Source: Paraspadella gotoi (taxonomy: Eukaryota; Animalia; Chaetognatha). Taken from it: 55,008 nucleotides of DNA. Location: the NCBI GenBank assembly GCA_051294375.1, contig JBJCIZ010001673.1, forward strand, positions 1 to 55,008, in the 5' to 3' direction. The notes under the pieces are model-generated. The model was given only the letters and a program-made list of their open reading frames with translations, did not search any database and had not been told where the DNA came from. The translations under genes were made by a program, and so were the position numbers. Below are positions 11,801 through 23,799 of this stretch, one piece after another; position 1 is the stretch's first letter; the number at the start of each line of letters is the position of its first letter.

Positions 11801-14690
11801 TCAACGAATACTTGACCTGAGATTTTCCGTCAAAACATTTAATCTTGGACATTGGAATGTTATGATTGAATCACAACTTTCTATTGATTATCCTTTTCTA
11901 TCTGGCTCAGGTGTCAATATGAAGAAAAAGTATGTTGAGAAATTTTCTTCATTAGAAATTTCTGAGTTAGACTTTGTTGCTTTGAGTATCATTCTTGAAG
12001 TTAAGTTTATAATTATAAGGATATCAATTACCGAGGAGGTATCCATTCATGAAATTTTTCATTTATCGTTATCTAAGGATCAGCTTCATTCCATTTTTTT
12101 GCTCCAAACAGGAGGAGATGACAATGCTGTTGAATATCGATCACATTATGATAGCCTTTTTCCAATCACAATCATTAATGAAAAAAATTTACAATCAGTA
12201 TCTGCAGAAGAAATAAAAAGAGTTATTGAATCTCAACCCCTTGGCAATCGATTTGTTAGTTTTCATAATATAAATTTTTCTAATCCATTCATGTGCTCAG
12301 AGATAATGGCCCCGCTCGATAAGTTTGTTTTAATTCTTGAAGATGGCATTAAAGAAAACGTGCTTCAAGAAAAAGATGAATATTTGAATCAGCCTTCAGG
12401 TGAAAATTCTGAAACGATTCCAGAAACAATTTTACAGAATACAACTAGCATATCTGATGTGGACGATTTAATGGGGACTCAAATTAACATTGATTTCATT
12501 TCTGAGGTGCATAGTCTACCTAAAATTCGAAAGGAAGAAATAGTTCTACTTGCAAAACCCATCAATGAAACTAATTTAAGAAAATGCTCTTTAAAAGCTA
12601 ATTCTGATATATCACGCAATCAGTTAATTTTAAAAAGGAAACCTTCAAATTCAAATAAATCTCGTTCTATTAGTCAAGAGATTGAAAATGATTCTTCCCA
12701 AAAAATCATTATAGAAACTATTGTTTTGTCTTCAGATGAAAATTTTACTCCATTGGAATTTGATATTGCCACGTTGGATGTTAGAAACTCTGAAGATCAA
12801 AATAAAAACACATTTTCAAATTCAGAGAAAAATTCCCAATGTATTGATGAACTCAATTCTGATTTTTCAACTCATGAACCTGGTAATATTAAAAATACTT
12901 TTTACAAACAAGCTTTTACATCCCTTTTGAATGAAGTTAAAGTGCGTGAAAAAATAATTGAAAATTCTGACTGTGATTGTGAAGATATATCTGGATTATT
13001 TCAACCAAATAGAATTGATGAGCTATGGGATGATGTGTCAGAATCTCAATATAGGCCAGTTGAGAAAAGTATCCATCAAATTCTAAAGATAGATGAAAGC
13101 ATAAAAGTAATGATTGTTAATCTTGAATATGTTTCTGCTTTAGGATATCCAATATCATTTTCTTACCATTTGAAACAATATTGGCGAGTGAATCAAAGCA
13201 ATTTGAACACGGATGCTAAGAAAAAAGCTCATATACATGTTAGAACAAATTATATTATAAATAATGTTGCTCGTTTTTTGTCTTTTGTGCGTGAATCAAA
13301 AAAGTTAAATCCAGTCAGTGAAACAGACAAGCAAGCTCTTTTAGGATCTGTAGAAGATCTATCATTAATTTGTGAATTTCTTTTAGTACTTGTTAAAAAT
13401 GGGAGAAAAAAAGACAGTTACTTTTCTAACATATCATCTCTTAGAAAATTTAATTCTTTCTTAATGGCTGGAAAATGGTTAAATAAATCAACCAAGTTTG
13501 AAGAGAATTTTATAGAGATGAAAACCTTATTTCATCCAGTCAGCCAATTTCAAGCAGATCGCAGTGTTGCTAAAAAAAATAGCCGTGCACAGCAAATAGA
13601 AAATTTTTCAACTGAAGAATACTCCTTATTGTTTCATGGAGATGAGCTTGATGTTGTTGGAAAAATGTGGGCTGATCAAAATTTTAATGAATTAGAAGAT
13701 GTAAAGCCATTTGTAACTCTGGTAGTAGGAATAGTTTATTTGATTTTACTTTTTTTTAATGCATCAAGATCTTCTGATAATACATCAATCACTGTTGAGG
13801 ATGTAAACAAGGCCATCAAAGATTTTGAGAAAAAAACTGATTGTAACGACGAGTTTTTAAGTATTTTTGGTCATTTACAAAACAAAAACACACATTTTGT
13901 TAAACCAAATAAAAAGGCAATAACGTCACACTTTCGTGCCACATGTGTTATATGGCCAGTTTTCAAACTAAATTTTTTGAAAAATTATATGATTGGATTA
14001 AAAAATTTGAAAGAAAAATTGATAAATGATGATAAGGATGTTAACGAATCAGTTTTCTTTATAAATAGTTTGGGTCAATCACCATTAAGAAAGCAATTGA
14101 TAATGTCCTTAAAAACTGCTTGTGAAGCGCTTTGCATCACGTTTTCGCCCTCTTTTTGGAGAAGCTATGTTGAAACATCTTCTAAAGAAAGACAATTAGC
14201 AGCATCCTTAATAGATCCCATTGCTGCCAGAGCCAATAAATCTATGCATGCTGTGACAGAGCATATGCAACATTCTGAGTTATGTGCCGAAGAGAATTAT
14301 CGCCTAACAACCAAAAATATTAGTAAAACAGCTGGAACTTTTGTAAGTTCTCTTATTTCTTCTCCAACTAAACGCAAAGTTGTTGAGATAAGTGCTAATA
14401 TGAATGAAGAAAGTCAAAGTACTACTGTTAATGATGATGATGATTTCTCGGATTTTCGAACTTCACATTCCAAAAGTGATCAATCATTTACTGATCGGAT
14501 TACATCATATAAGAAAAAAAAACAAACGAGAAGAATAGAAGAAAATGAACTCAAATTGAAAGAAGAATGTCAATTTTATGGTATTGAGTATGTACCTCCA
14601 TCATTGAATGAAACATATTTACAGAGGAACAAACGACAACAAAAGTGTCGTTATCGAATCAAAGTGGCAAAGAGGAATATGGAACAATGA
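5840..14690 (+). CDS. Spliced tyrosine recombinase with an OTU-like cysteine protease domain and a C2H2-like finger (Crypton-like), ~1550 aa
   Basis: Phase-consistent GT-AG exons: 5840-5978, 6041-6193, 6252-6357, 6615-6803, 10149-10331, 10808-14690; the frame is also open back to an acceptor at 5811. OTU motifs: PCKADGHCGYHAI, ELDFVALSIILEV, SHYDSL. YR motifs: FNASRSSD (R), NKNTH (K), SPSFWRSYVET (R), EHMQHSELCAEENYR (H, Y). Finger: CPFGC...RLKFHLSRAH across exons 4-5. Confidence 0.85.
6483..6539. repeat. Perfect 26-bp-arm hairpin in intron 3 of the recombinase gene
   Basis: AGAAGAGTTTGAAATTAGTTTTCAAC-aatta-GTTGAAAACTAATTTCAAACTCTTCT. Confidence 0.9.
6810..9980 (+). repeat. 15-bp satellite array (GATCTATGATTCATT consensus) filling intron 4
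   Basis: Tandem 15-mers, which generate the spurious YDSLI ORFs. Sub-blocks carry 19-bp, 22-bp, CGAT and CCCT variants, and the edges are degenerate. Confidence 0.95.
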
Positions 14691-15354
14691 AAGTTTTTCA
14701 TCATCACAACATTTTTTGTTACTCAATTTGATTTTTGTACAGATTATGTCAGATTTGTACTGCCTTTGCACAGATTTTTTTCTGATAAATACTAAAGAAT
14801 AGTATTTTAAAAGGCTTGTTAGTATTTTAAAATTATGCCACCTTAATTTTTTGGTAAAACATTTTTAAAGTTACAAAACAAAATGATTCTTTATTTTGTA
14901 AAATAGATATTTAGCTGTTGTATTAAATGATATTAAAAATATGAGCAGAGAAAAACGTTAAAATTGTGTACAGAAACATTTACATGAGGTTTAAAAATAT
15001 GGTTTGGAAAACCGGAATTCACCATTATGTAAAATTTTTATAATAAAATTTTCTATTAAGAATGTCAAAAAAATAAATAATTGGGAAAAAAAGTTAGTGG
15101 TTAGTTCTGAGAATAATAATTTATGATTTAAAACATTTTTTTTTATTCTGCTAATATTCGCGAAAAAAAAATAAGATTCAGCAAAGTATTTTTAATTTAT
15201 GAATATTTGATTTTAAAATTTTGCTAAAATTCAGTTCAGGAAAATTAAAGATTTCTTTTCATTCAATACATGTCATGTATAAATCCTTCAAATATCATTT
15301 GAAATGTGAATAGAAAAGTAGCATTTCTTTGAAAATCTAGATAAAATGGTTTGT

Positions 15355-15630
15355 AGAGTCATTGATGCACTGTTTAATTATTGATTAAGAAACGTCGAAT
15401 TTGGGTTTAAGTGCAGTATTTTTTTTTAATTGAAAACTAATATTTCGATATTTTTTGACATCATTGTTCAGGGTATTTAATTAAGTGAAATGAGGAAAAA
15501 AAAAGCTAAGAAAGAAAGCAGGTGACAGTCAAACAATAGAACAGGGATAAAATGTTTGGTGTGGGTGGATTTATCCGTGTTCTATTGTTTGAATTTCACC
15601 TGCTCTCTATCACTCTTTCTCATTTTTAAT
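15355..15630. repeat. Foldback MITE-like repeat, copy 1 (direct repeat of 17670-17920)
   Basis: Starts AGAGTCATTGATGCACTG. Contains the internal hairpin GCAGGTGACAGTCAAACAATAGAACAGGGATAAA...TTTATCCGTGTTCTATTGTTTGAATTTCACCTGC. Confidence 0.75.
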
Positions 15631-15709
15631 AGTTAAAATTATTTGTTAATAAAAAAGAGTTTCAGAAAAAAAAAAGATTGAGATAGGAAGATTGGGAATA
15701 TTAAAAAAA

Positions 15710-17668
15710 TGATCATGAAATCATAGATTAAGGAATCATAGATCATGAATCATAGTTCAAGGAATCATAGATCAGGGAATCATAGATCAAGGTATCATAG
15801 ATTAAGGAATCAGAGATCAAGGAATCATAGCCCAATGAATCAGATATCAGGGAATCATAGATAAAGGAATCATAAATCAAAGAATCATAGATCATGGTTC
15901 ATGAAATCATAGATCAAGGAATCATAGATCATGAATCAAGGAATCAGATATCAATAAATCATAGATCACGGAATCATAGATCAAGGAATCATAGATCAAT
16001 GAATCAGAAATCAAGGAATCAGAGATTAAAGAATTAGATATCAATGATTCAGAGATCAATGAATCATAGATCATTAATAATAGATCAAGGAATCATAGAT
16101 CAATGAATCAGAAATCAAGGAATCATAGATCCTTGATCTCTGATACCTTGATCTCTGATTCCTTAATCTATGATACCTTGATCTATGATTCTCTGATCTA
16201 TAAATCCTTGATCTATGATTCCTTGATCTATGATTCCTTGATCTATGATTCCTTGATCTATCATTCATTGATCTCTGATGCATTGATCTCTGATGCATTG
16301 ATCTCTGATTCCTTGATCTCTGTTTCTTTGATTTCTTATTTCCTGATCTATGATTCTTTGATCTATGATTCATTGATTTAAGATTCATTGAGCTATGATT
16401 CATTGATCTATGATTCATTGATCTATGATTCATTGATCTATGATTTATTGATCTATGATTTATTGATCTATGATTCATTGATCTCTAATTCCTTGATCTC
16501 GGATTCCTTGATCTCTGATTCCTTGATCTGTGATTCTTTGATCTATGATTCATTGATTTATGATTCATTGAGCTCTGATGCATTGATCTCCGATTCCTTG
16601 ATCTCTAATTCTTTGATCTCTGATTCCTTGATCTCTGATTCCTTGATCTATGATTCCTTGATCTATGATTCTTGATCTATGATTCATTGATCTATGATTC
16701 ATTGATCTATGATTCATTGATCTATGATTCATTGATCTATGATTCATTGATCTATGATTCATTGATCTATGATTCATTGATCTATGATTCCTTGATCTCT
16801 GATTCATTGATCTCTGATTCATTGATCTATGATTCTCTGATTCCTTGATCTATGATTCCTTGATCTATGATTCCTTGATCTAAGATTCTTTAATCTCTGA
16901 TTCCTTGATCTATGATTCCTTGTATATGATTCCTTGATCTCTGATTCCTTGATCTCTGATTCCTTGATCTATGGTTCCTTGATCTATGGTTCCTTGATCT
17001 ATGGTTCCTTGATCTATGATTCCTTGATCTATGATTCATTGATCTCTGATTCCCTGATCTCTGATTCCTTGATCTCTGATTCCTTAATTTATAATTCATT
17101 GATCTATAATTCATTGATCTATGATTTCTTGATCTATGATTTCTTGATTTATGATTTCTTGATGTATGATTTCTTGAATTATGATTTCTTGATCTATCAT
17201 CATAGATCAGGAAACATAGATCAAGGAATCATAGACCAATGAATCCGATATCAAAGAATCATAGATCAAGGAATCATAGATCATGGAATCATAAATTACG
17301 GAATCATAGATCAAAGAATCATAGATCAAGGAATCATAGATCATGAATCATAGATCATAGATCATGAATCATAGATCATGAATCAGAGATCAAGGAATCA
17401 TAGATCAAGAAATCATAGATCAAGAAATCATAGTTCATGGAATCATAGTTCTTGGAATCATAGATCAATGAATCATAGATCATTGAATTATATATAGATC
17501 AATGAATCATAGATCAATGAATCAGAAATCAAGGAATCAGAGATTAAAGAATTAGATATCAAGGAATCATAGATCAAGGAATCATAGATCAATGAATCAG
17601 AGATTAAAGAATTGGATATCAAGGAATCATAAATCAATAAATCATAGATCAATGAATCAGATATCAAG
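15710..17668. repeat. 15-bp satellite array with two orientation switches (- / + / -)
   Basis: AATCATAGATCAAGG orientation at 15710-16130, reversed at 16130-17197, and back again at 17198-17668. Confidence 0.95.
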
Positions 17669-17669
17669 G

Positions 17670-18025
17670 TAGAGTCATTGCATGCACTGTTAAATTATTG
17701 TTTAAGAAATGTCGAATTTGGGTTTAAGTGCAGAATTTTTTTTTTTATTGAAAACTAATATTTCGATATTTAATTAAGTGAAATAAAAAAAAAGCTAAGA
17801 AAGAGAGCAGGTGACAGTCAAACAATAGAACAGGGATAAAATGTTTGATGGGGGTGGAGGGATTTATCCGTGTTCTATTGTTTGAATTTCACCTCCTCTC
17901 TCTCACTCTTTCTAATTCTTAGCTCTCTTTTTTTTCCTCATTTTACATTTTTAAATACCCTAAGCACTAACGAGTAAAAAAAAATTAAAATATTTGATTT
18001 CAATAAAAATAATACTGCACTTGAA
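17670..18025. mobile_element. Foldback MITE-like repeat, copy 2 (more complete)
   Basis: Direct repeat of 15355-15630. The outer arms AAGTGCAG...TTATTGAAA and TTTCAATAA...CTGCACTT enclose the same inner hairpin. Confidence 0.7.
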
Positions 18026-19065
18026 CTAGGGGTAGCTGCACTCAATGGGGTGAGTCAAAAATTTAGAGTGAGTACAAGCTCAAACGAAAATTTATACATT
18101 TTTAAGTATACTATCAATGGACAAAAAATTTCTTATATGGCTCCATACCCTAGTAATTAATTTTTTAATATTTATTTATAGATAAAAAAATTGTTTTATA
18201 AATTTAAAATTTTAAGACCAGATTAAGATAGCTCATGAAAAGTTGTCTACACAAAGTATAATTCTTTTTTAAATATTTTTATGATAAGTAGGTCAAAAAT
18301 AAGAAAACCCCTCAAAAATTATCATCATCATCATATTTTGATAATTTTTTAATTTTTTAAAAATTTTTACTAAGAAAACGTAAGAATTTTTAAAAGCTGT
18401 AATTATATTTCTTGTTTAACTTTTTATGCTCTATCAGAATCAATTAAAAAATTTTAAGACTTCAAAAAAAATTTTTTGCTTTATATAGTATTATAACAAT
18501 TTTAATTAGGCTAGTACCCTCCAAAAAAATACTTTTTGACAAAAAATATTTTAATACTATGTTCATAATAGATTATTTTAATGTTCTATTCGTTAGCATT
18601 TAAATTTTATCGGCTATGGCTACTTGAACCCTTTTTAATTAATAGTTAATAAAAAAAGTTTTAGACAAAATAACAAAAATTTAGATATGAATATTGGGAA
18701 GTTTAAAAAATGTTAACATTTAAGGATAAGTGTTTTTGGCTTTACTAAAGGTTTGTACTCCGTTTTTATCTGCTCATTTCAGATAATAAAATTATGGCAT
18801 AATTTTAGTTTGTAAATATAGTTTTTGCAATGATCACATTTGATGTGTTTTACAAGTTGATGTATCAATATACGAATTTTGTTATAGTATATGCTATATG
18901 CTATATGCTATCCAGAAAAATTTTTGAAATTTGTGGACGTATTGCATGAATTTTTAACTCTGATTCAGCCATTAACATTGTTGCAAAGTGTGCAACTTAA
19001 ACGAATTTCGGTTCTAGAATCCAAATTGTATCCATTAACTTTGAAGCAACTTTTTCATCACTGTA

Positions 19066-19400
19066 TTGATGCAGGTTCAAGTTTGGAAACTCTTTTTAGT
19101 CCAACTATTTTTGAATTGTTTAGATCAAAATAATCTATCCTTCAAAGTCATGAACAAAACAAAATCAGTAGTTATTGACATGTCTGAAATAATAAGGACA
19201 AGATTTAAATATAAGAGTGGCATTATTTATTGTTGTACAACAAAAGAATGTGAATCTGTTTCAAAAAAATTAAATAATATTAGTTTGAAATGTTTATCCT
19301 TCCATTCTAAGCTCCCTTCTCCAGAGAAAGAAGAAGTCTTGCAAAAGTGGCAAAGTAATGAAATTAGGATTGTTGTTAGGACAATTGCTTTTGGAATGGG
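19066..19400 (+). pseudogene. RecQ-family helicase fragment (HelicC region), apparently isolated and degenerate
   Basis: LDQNNLSFKV (cf. FNRPNLxYxV), SGIIYCCTTKECESVSKKL (motif IV), SFHSKL (cf. YHAGL) and KWQSNEIRIVVRTIAFGMG (motif V). It ends at a G|GTAAAT donor. No Walker A, DEAH or downstream exon was found. Confidence 0.8.
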
Positions 19401-19774
19401 TAAATAAGAAATGATTTTATTTATGTTAAGAACATAATAATTTTTATATTCTGTTTAAAGCAAATTTTAAATTCCCCATCAAAAGTTGTTAAAATTGTTT
19501 TAAAGATAATCAAAATCATCAATAATTAAAATCATAGAAAATTATTTAAAAAAATTTTATAAGTAGGTTAAAAAATTTAAAAAAATATATTTACTGTACA
19601 AAAATTAATTTTCAGTTTAAAATATAGGTTTTTTAAAAAAGTTATATTTTTTTTCATCAACTTCTTATGAAAAATCCATATCTGCATATGAATCTTATAA
19701 AAATTTTTTTGAAATTTTAATATTTATAGGCTTAATACTATATATAAGTATAGTATACTGCGTAAATTGATATT

Positions 19775-21817
19775 TCTTCGAGAGAGTACCCAAGTAGTAC
19801 CCAACCAGTACCCAAGGAAAAAAAATGCTATATAGAGATATTTCTTCAAGAGAGTACCCAAATAGTACCCAAACAGTACCCAAGAAAAAAAAATGCTATA
19901 TAGAGATATTTTTTCGAGAGAGTACCCAAGTAGTACCCAACCAGTACCCAAAGGAAAAAAATGCTATATAGAGATATTTTTTCGAAAGAGTACCCAAGTA
20001 GTACCCCAACCAGTACCCAGGAAAAAAAATGCCTATATAAGATATTTTTTCGAGAGAGTACCCAAGTAGTACCCAACCAGTACCCAAAGGAAAAAAAATG
20101 CTATATAGAGATATTTTTCGAGAGAGTACCCAAGTAGTACCCAACCAGTACCCAAGGAAAAAAAATGCTATATAGAGATATTTTTCGAGAGAGTACCCAA
20201 GTAGTACCCAACCAGTACCCAAGGAAAAAAAATGCTATATAGAGATATTTTTCGAGAGAGTACCCAAGTAGTACCCAACCAGTACCAAGGAAAAAAATGC
20301 TATATAGAGATATTTTTTCGAGAGAGTACCCAAGTAGTACCAACCAGTACCCAAGGAAAAAAAATGCTATATAGAGATATTTTTCGAGAGAGTACCCAAG
20401 TAGTACCCAACCAGTACCCAAGGAAAAAAAATGCTATATAGAGATATTTTTTCGAGAGAGTACCCAAGTAGTACCCAACCAGTACCCAAGGAAAAAAATG
20501 CTATATAGAGATATTTTTTCGAGAGAGTACCCAAGTAGTACCCAACCAGTACCCAAGGAAAAAAAAATGCTATATAGAGATATTTTTCGAGAGAGTACCC
20601 AAGTAGTACCCAACCAGTACCCAAGGAAAAAAAAATGCTATATAGAGATATTTTTTCGAGAGAGTACCCAAGTAGTACCCAACCAGTACCCAAGGAAAAA
20701 AAATGCTATATAGAGATATTTTTCTTGAGAGAGTACCCAATTAGTACCCAACCATTACCCAAGGAAAAAAAATGCTATATAGAGATATTTTTTCGAGAGA
20801 GTACCCAAGTAGTACCCAACCAGTACCCAAGGAAAAAAAAAAATGCTATATAGAAGATATTTTTTCGAGAGAGTACCCAAGTAGTACCAACCAGTACCCA
20901 AGGAAAAAAAATGCTATATAGAGATATTTTTTCGAGAGAGTACCCAAGTAGTACCCAACCAGTACCCAAGGAAAAAAAATGCTTAATAGAGATATTTTTC
21001 GAGAGAGTACCCAAGTAGTACCCAACCAGTACCCAAGGAAAAAAATGCTTATATAGAGATATTTTTTCGAAGAGTACCCAAGTAGTACCCAACCAGTACC
21101 CAAGGAAAAAAAATGCTATATAGAGATATTTTTTCGAGAGAGTACCCAAGTAGTACCCAACCAGTACCCAAGGAAAAAAAATGCTATATAGAGATATTTT
21201 TTCGAGAGAGTACCCAAGTAGTACCCAACCAGTACCCAAGCGAAAAAAAAATGCTATATAGAGATATTTTTCGAGAGAGTACCCAAGTAGTACCCAACCA
21301 GTACCAAGGAAAAAAAATGCTTATATGAGAAATTTTTTCGAGAGAGTACCCAAGTAGTACCCCAACCAGTACCCAAGGAAAAAAAATGCTATATAGAGAT
21401 ATTTTTCGAGAGGATACCCAAGTAGTACCCAACCAGTACCCAAGGAAAAAAAATGCTATATAGAGATATTTTTTCGAGAGAGTACCCAAGTAGTACACCA
21501 ACCAGTACCCAAGGAAAAAAATGCTATATAGAGATATTTTTTCGAGAGAGTACCCAAGTAGTACCCAACCAGTACCCAAGGAAAAAAATGCTATATAGAG
21601 ATATTTTTTCGAGAGAGTACCCAAGTAGTACCAACCAGTACCCAAGGAAAAAAAATGCTATATAGAGATATTTTTTCGAGAGAGTACCCAAGTAGTACCC
21701 AACCAGTACCCAAGGAAAAAAAATGCTATAAGAGATATTTTTTCGAGAGAGTACCCAAGTAGTACCCAACCAGTACCCAAGGAAAAAAAATGCTATATAG
21801 AGATATTTTTTCGAGAG
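19775..21817 (+). repeat. ~68-bp satellite, about 30 units
   Basis: Unit GAGAGAGTACCCAAGTAGTACCCAACCAGTACCCAAGGAAAAAAAATGCTATATAGAGATATTTTTTC, with a period of 67-68 bp and three GTACCCAA motifs 11 bp apart. Confidence 0.95.
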
Positions 21818-21914
21818 AATTTTTGAAGAATTTTCACTCAAATTTCAAAAAGGTTTTGTTAAAAAAAGGAATGGTTGGGGCTATTAGGCAGGGTTTTAAG
21901 GGGGATTTTGCTTC

Positions 21915-22505
21915 TCTTGGTACTACTTAGGTACTAGTTGGGTACTACTTGGGTACTCTTTCAAAAAAATATCTCATAGGTTTTGTTAAAAAGGGGAATG
22001 GTTGGGGCTATTAGGCAGGGGTTTTAAGGGGGATTTTGCTTCTCTTGGGTACTACTTAGGTACTAGTTGGGTACTACTTTGGTACTCTTTCGAAAAAATA
22101 TCTCTATATAGAATTTTTTTCCTTGGGTACTGGTTGGGTACTACTTGGGTAATCTCTCGAAAAATTATCTCTATATAACTTTTTTTCCTTGGGTACTGGT
22201 TGGGTACTACTTGGGTACTTTCTCAAAAAAATATCTCTATATAGAATTTTTTTCCTTGGGTACTGGTTGGGTACTACTTGGGTACTCTCTCGAAAAAATA
22301 TCTCTATATAACATTTTTTTCCTTGGGTACTGGTTGGGTACTACTTGGGTATTCTCGCAAAAAATATCTCTTTATAACATTTATTAACCTTCAGTACAGG
22401 TTGGGTACTACTTTGGTACTAGTTGGGTACTAAATCGGTATTCTCTCAAAAAAAATATCTTTATATAGCATTTATTAACTTTCAGTACTGGTTGGATACT
22501 ACTTA
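21915..22505 (-). repeat. Inverted, more degenerate arm of the 68-bp satellite
   Basis: TTGGGTACTGGTTGGGTACTACTTGGGTACTCTCTCGAAAAAATATCTCTATAT units. The spacer 21851-22100 contains a ~125-bp duplication. Confidence 0.9.
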
Positions 22506-22552
22506 GATAATCTAGTTCCATATTATATATTATTATATTTATATTATGATTT

Positions 22553-22990
22553 TGTGGAGGTATATTCACACCGCCTCACGTCCACCATCGTTCAGCCAGA
22601 TCCATTTTCTCAGAGGGGGAACACACCATCCCAGGCGTAGTGTTCCATCCATCTGCGTTGGCAAAGCGAGACAATCCTAGGGTAGCCGCGCCAGTGACTG
22701 GATGCGTCACTGAGGGTCGGAAGCCTCCAAAGCCAACAGTGAGATGCCCCATCCCAATGGGCATTACAGGCAACTCGGCTGTTGCCATAAGTGGTGAGCC
22801 CTACTATCGAACACGCAACTTTTTAAGGGTACTCTACGACAAATTCCTATACCCTGCCAACTTTGGGTACGCTACAACAAAAGCCTATGCCCCTGGGGTA
22901 TGCTATGACAAACGCCTATGCCCCCACAACTCGCGCTTTTTCTCTCTTTCCCACTATGGTAACAGTCTTGTCAGACACCTCTCAGGCTTG
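22553..22990 (+). mobile_element. Truncated miniature LTR element, family B: 5' LTR (22553-22789), PBS and short internal region
   Basis: The LTR TGTGG...GCCATA is the reverse complement of the solo copy at 27693-27947. It is followed at 22792 by TGGTGAGCCCTACTATCGAACACGCAAC, resembling the complement of a tRNA-Trp 3' end. No 3' LTR was seen. Confidence 0.75.
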
Positions 22991-22999
22991 AACATTTAT

Positions 23000-23345
23000 C
23001 TTTGATTTCTTGATCTATGATTCATGATCTATGGTTCATGATCTATGATTCATTGATCTATGATTCATTGATCTATGATTCATTGATCTATGATTCATTG
23101 ATCTATGATTCATTGATCTATGATTCATTGATCTATGATTCATTGATCTATGATTCATTGATCTATGATTCATTGATATATGATTCCTTGATCTATGAAT
23201 CATAGATCATGGAATCATAGATCAAGGAATCATAGATCAATGAATCCTAGATCAAGAAATCAGAGATCAATGAATCAGAGATCAAAAATCATAGATCAAG
23301 GAATCATAGATCAAGGAATCATAGATCAAGGAATCATAGATCAAT
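23000..23345. repeat. Third 15-bp satellite block, switching + to - at a palindromic junction
   Basis: The junction GATCTATGAATCATAGATC lies at ~23190-23208. Confidence 0.9.
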
Positions 23346-23799
23346 AATATAAAATTATTCAGAATTTATGATTTATTTCATAAATAATCTGCAATCCTAG
23401 ATTTGAATACGTTCTGGAGGCTTATGGGAAAAAGATAAGAAAGAAGTTTGTTTCTTTATGAAAAAATACGCTGAATAAATATCGGATAAGATATTTGTTT
23501 TTATTTTTTTATTATTAAAATAAATTTTAAAATATTATTATTATTGTGTATTATATTATTATTTTGAAAAATTTTATTTAAATTAAATAATTTTTTTTGT
23601 TTTATTATATATTAAAATTTATTGAAATAAGATAATTTTATTAGCAAATATTTAGTGAGTTTTTATTAATTGCTTAATTAATAGTTTAAATAAACCCCCT
23701 GAAAAATTGCTAATAAAATGTATTACACAAATTATGATAAGTCAAAAGCTTTTTTTTACGAGACATGAATAATAAAGTGTAGTAAAAATTATAAATTTA

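Noticed and set aside
10809-14690. Bacterial or phage integrase contamination
   Set aside because: The upstream spliceosomal introns are phase-consistent, the OTU and C2H2 domains are eukaryotic-type, and the composition matches the flanks.
19695-22387. Many overlapping ORFs and a CRISPR-like look in the 68-bp array
   Set aside because: The units are head-to-tail with no unique spacers, there are no cas genes, and the context is eukaryotic.
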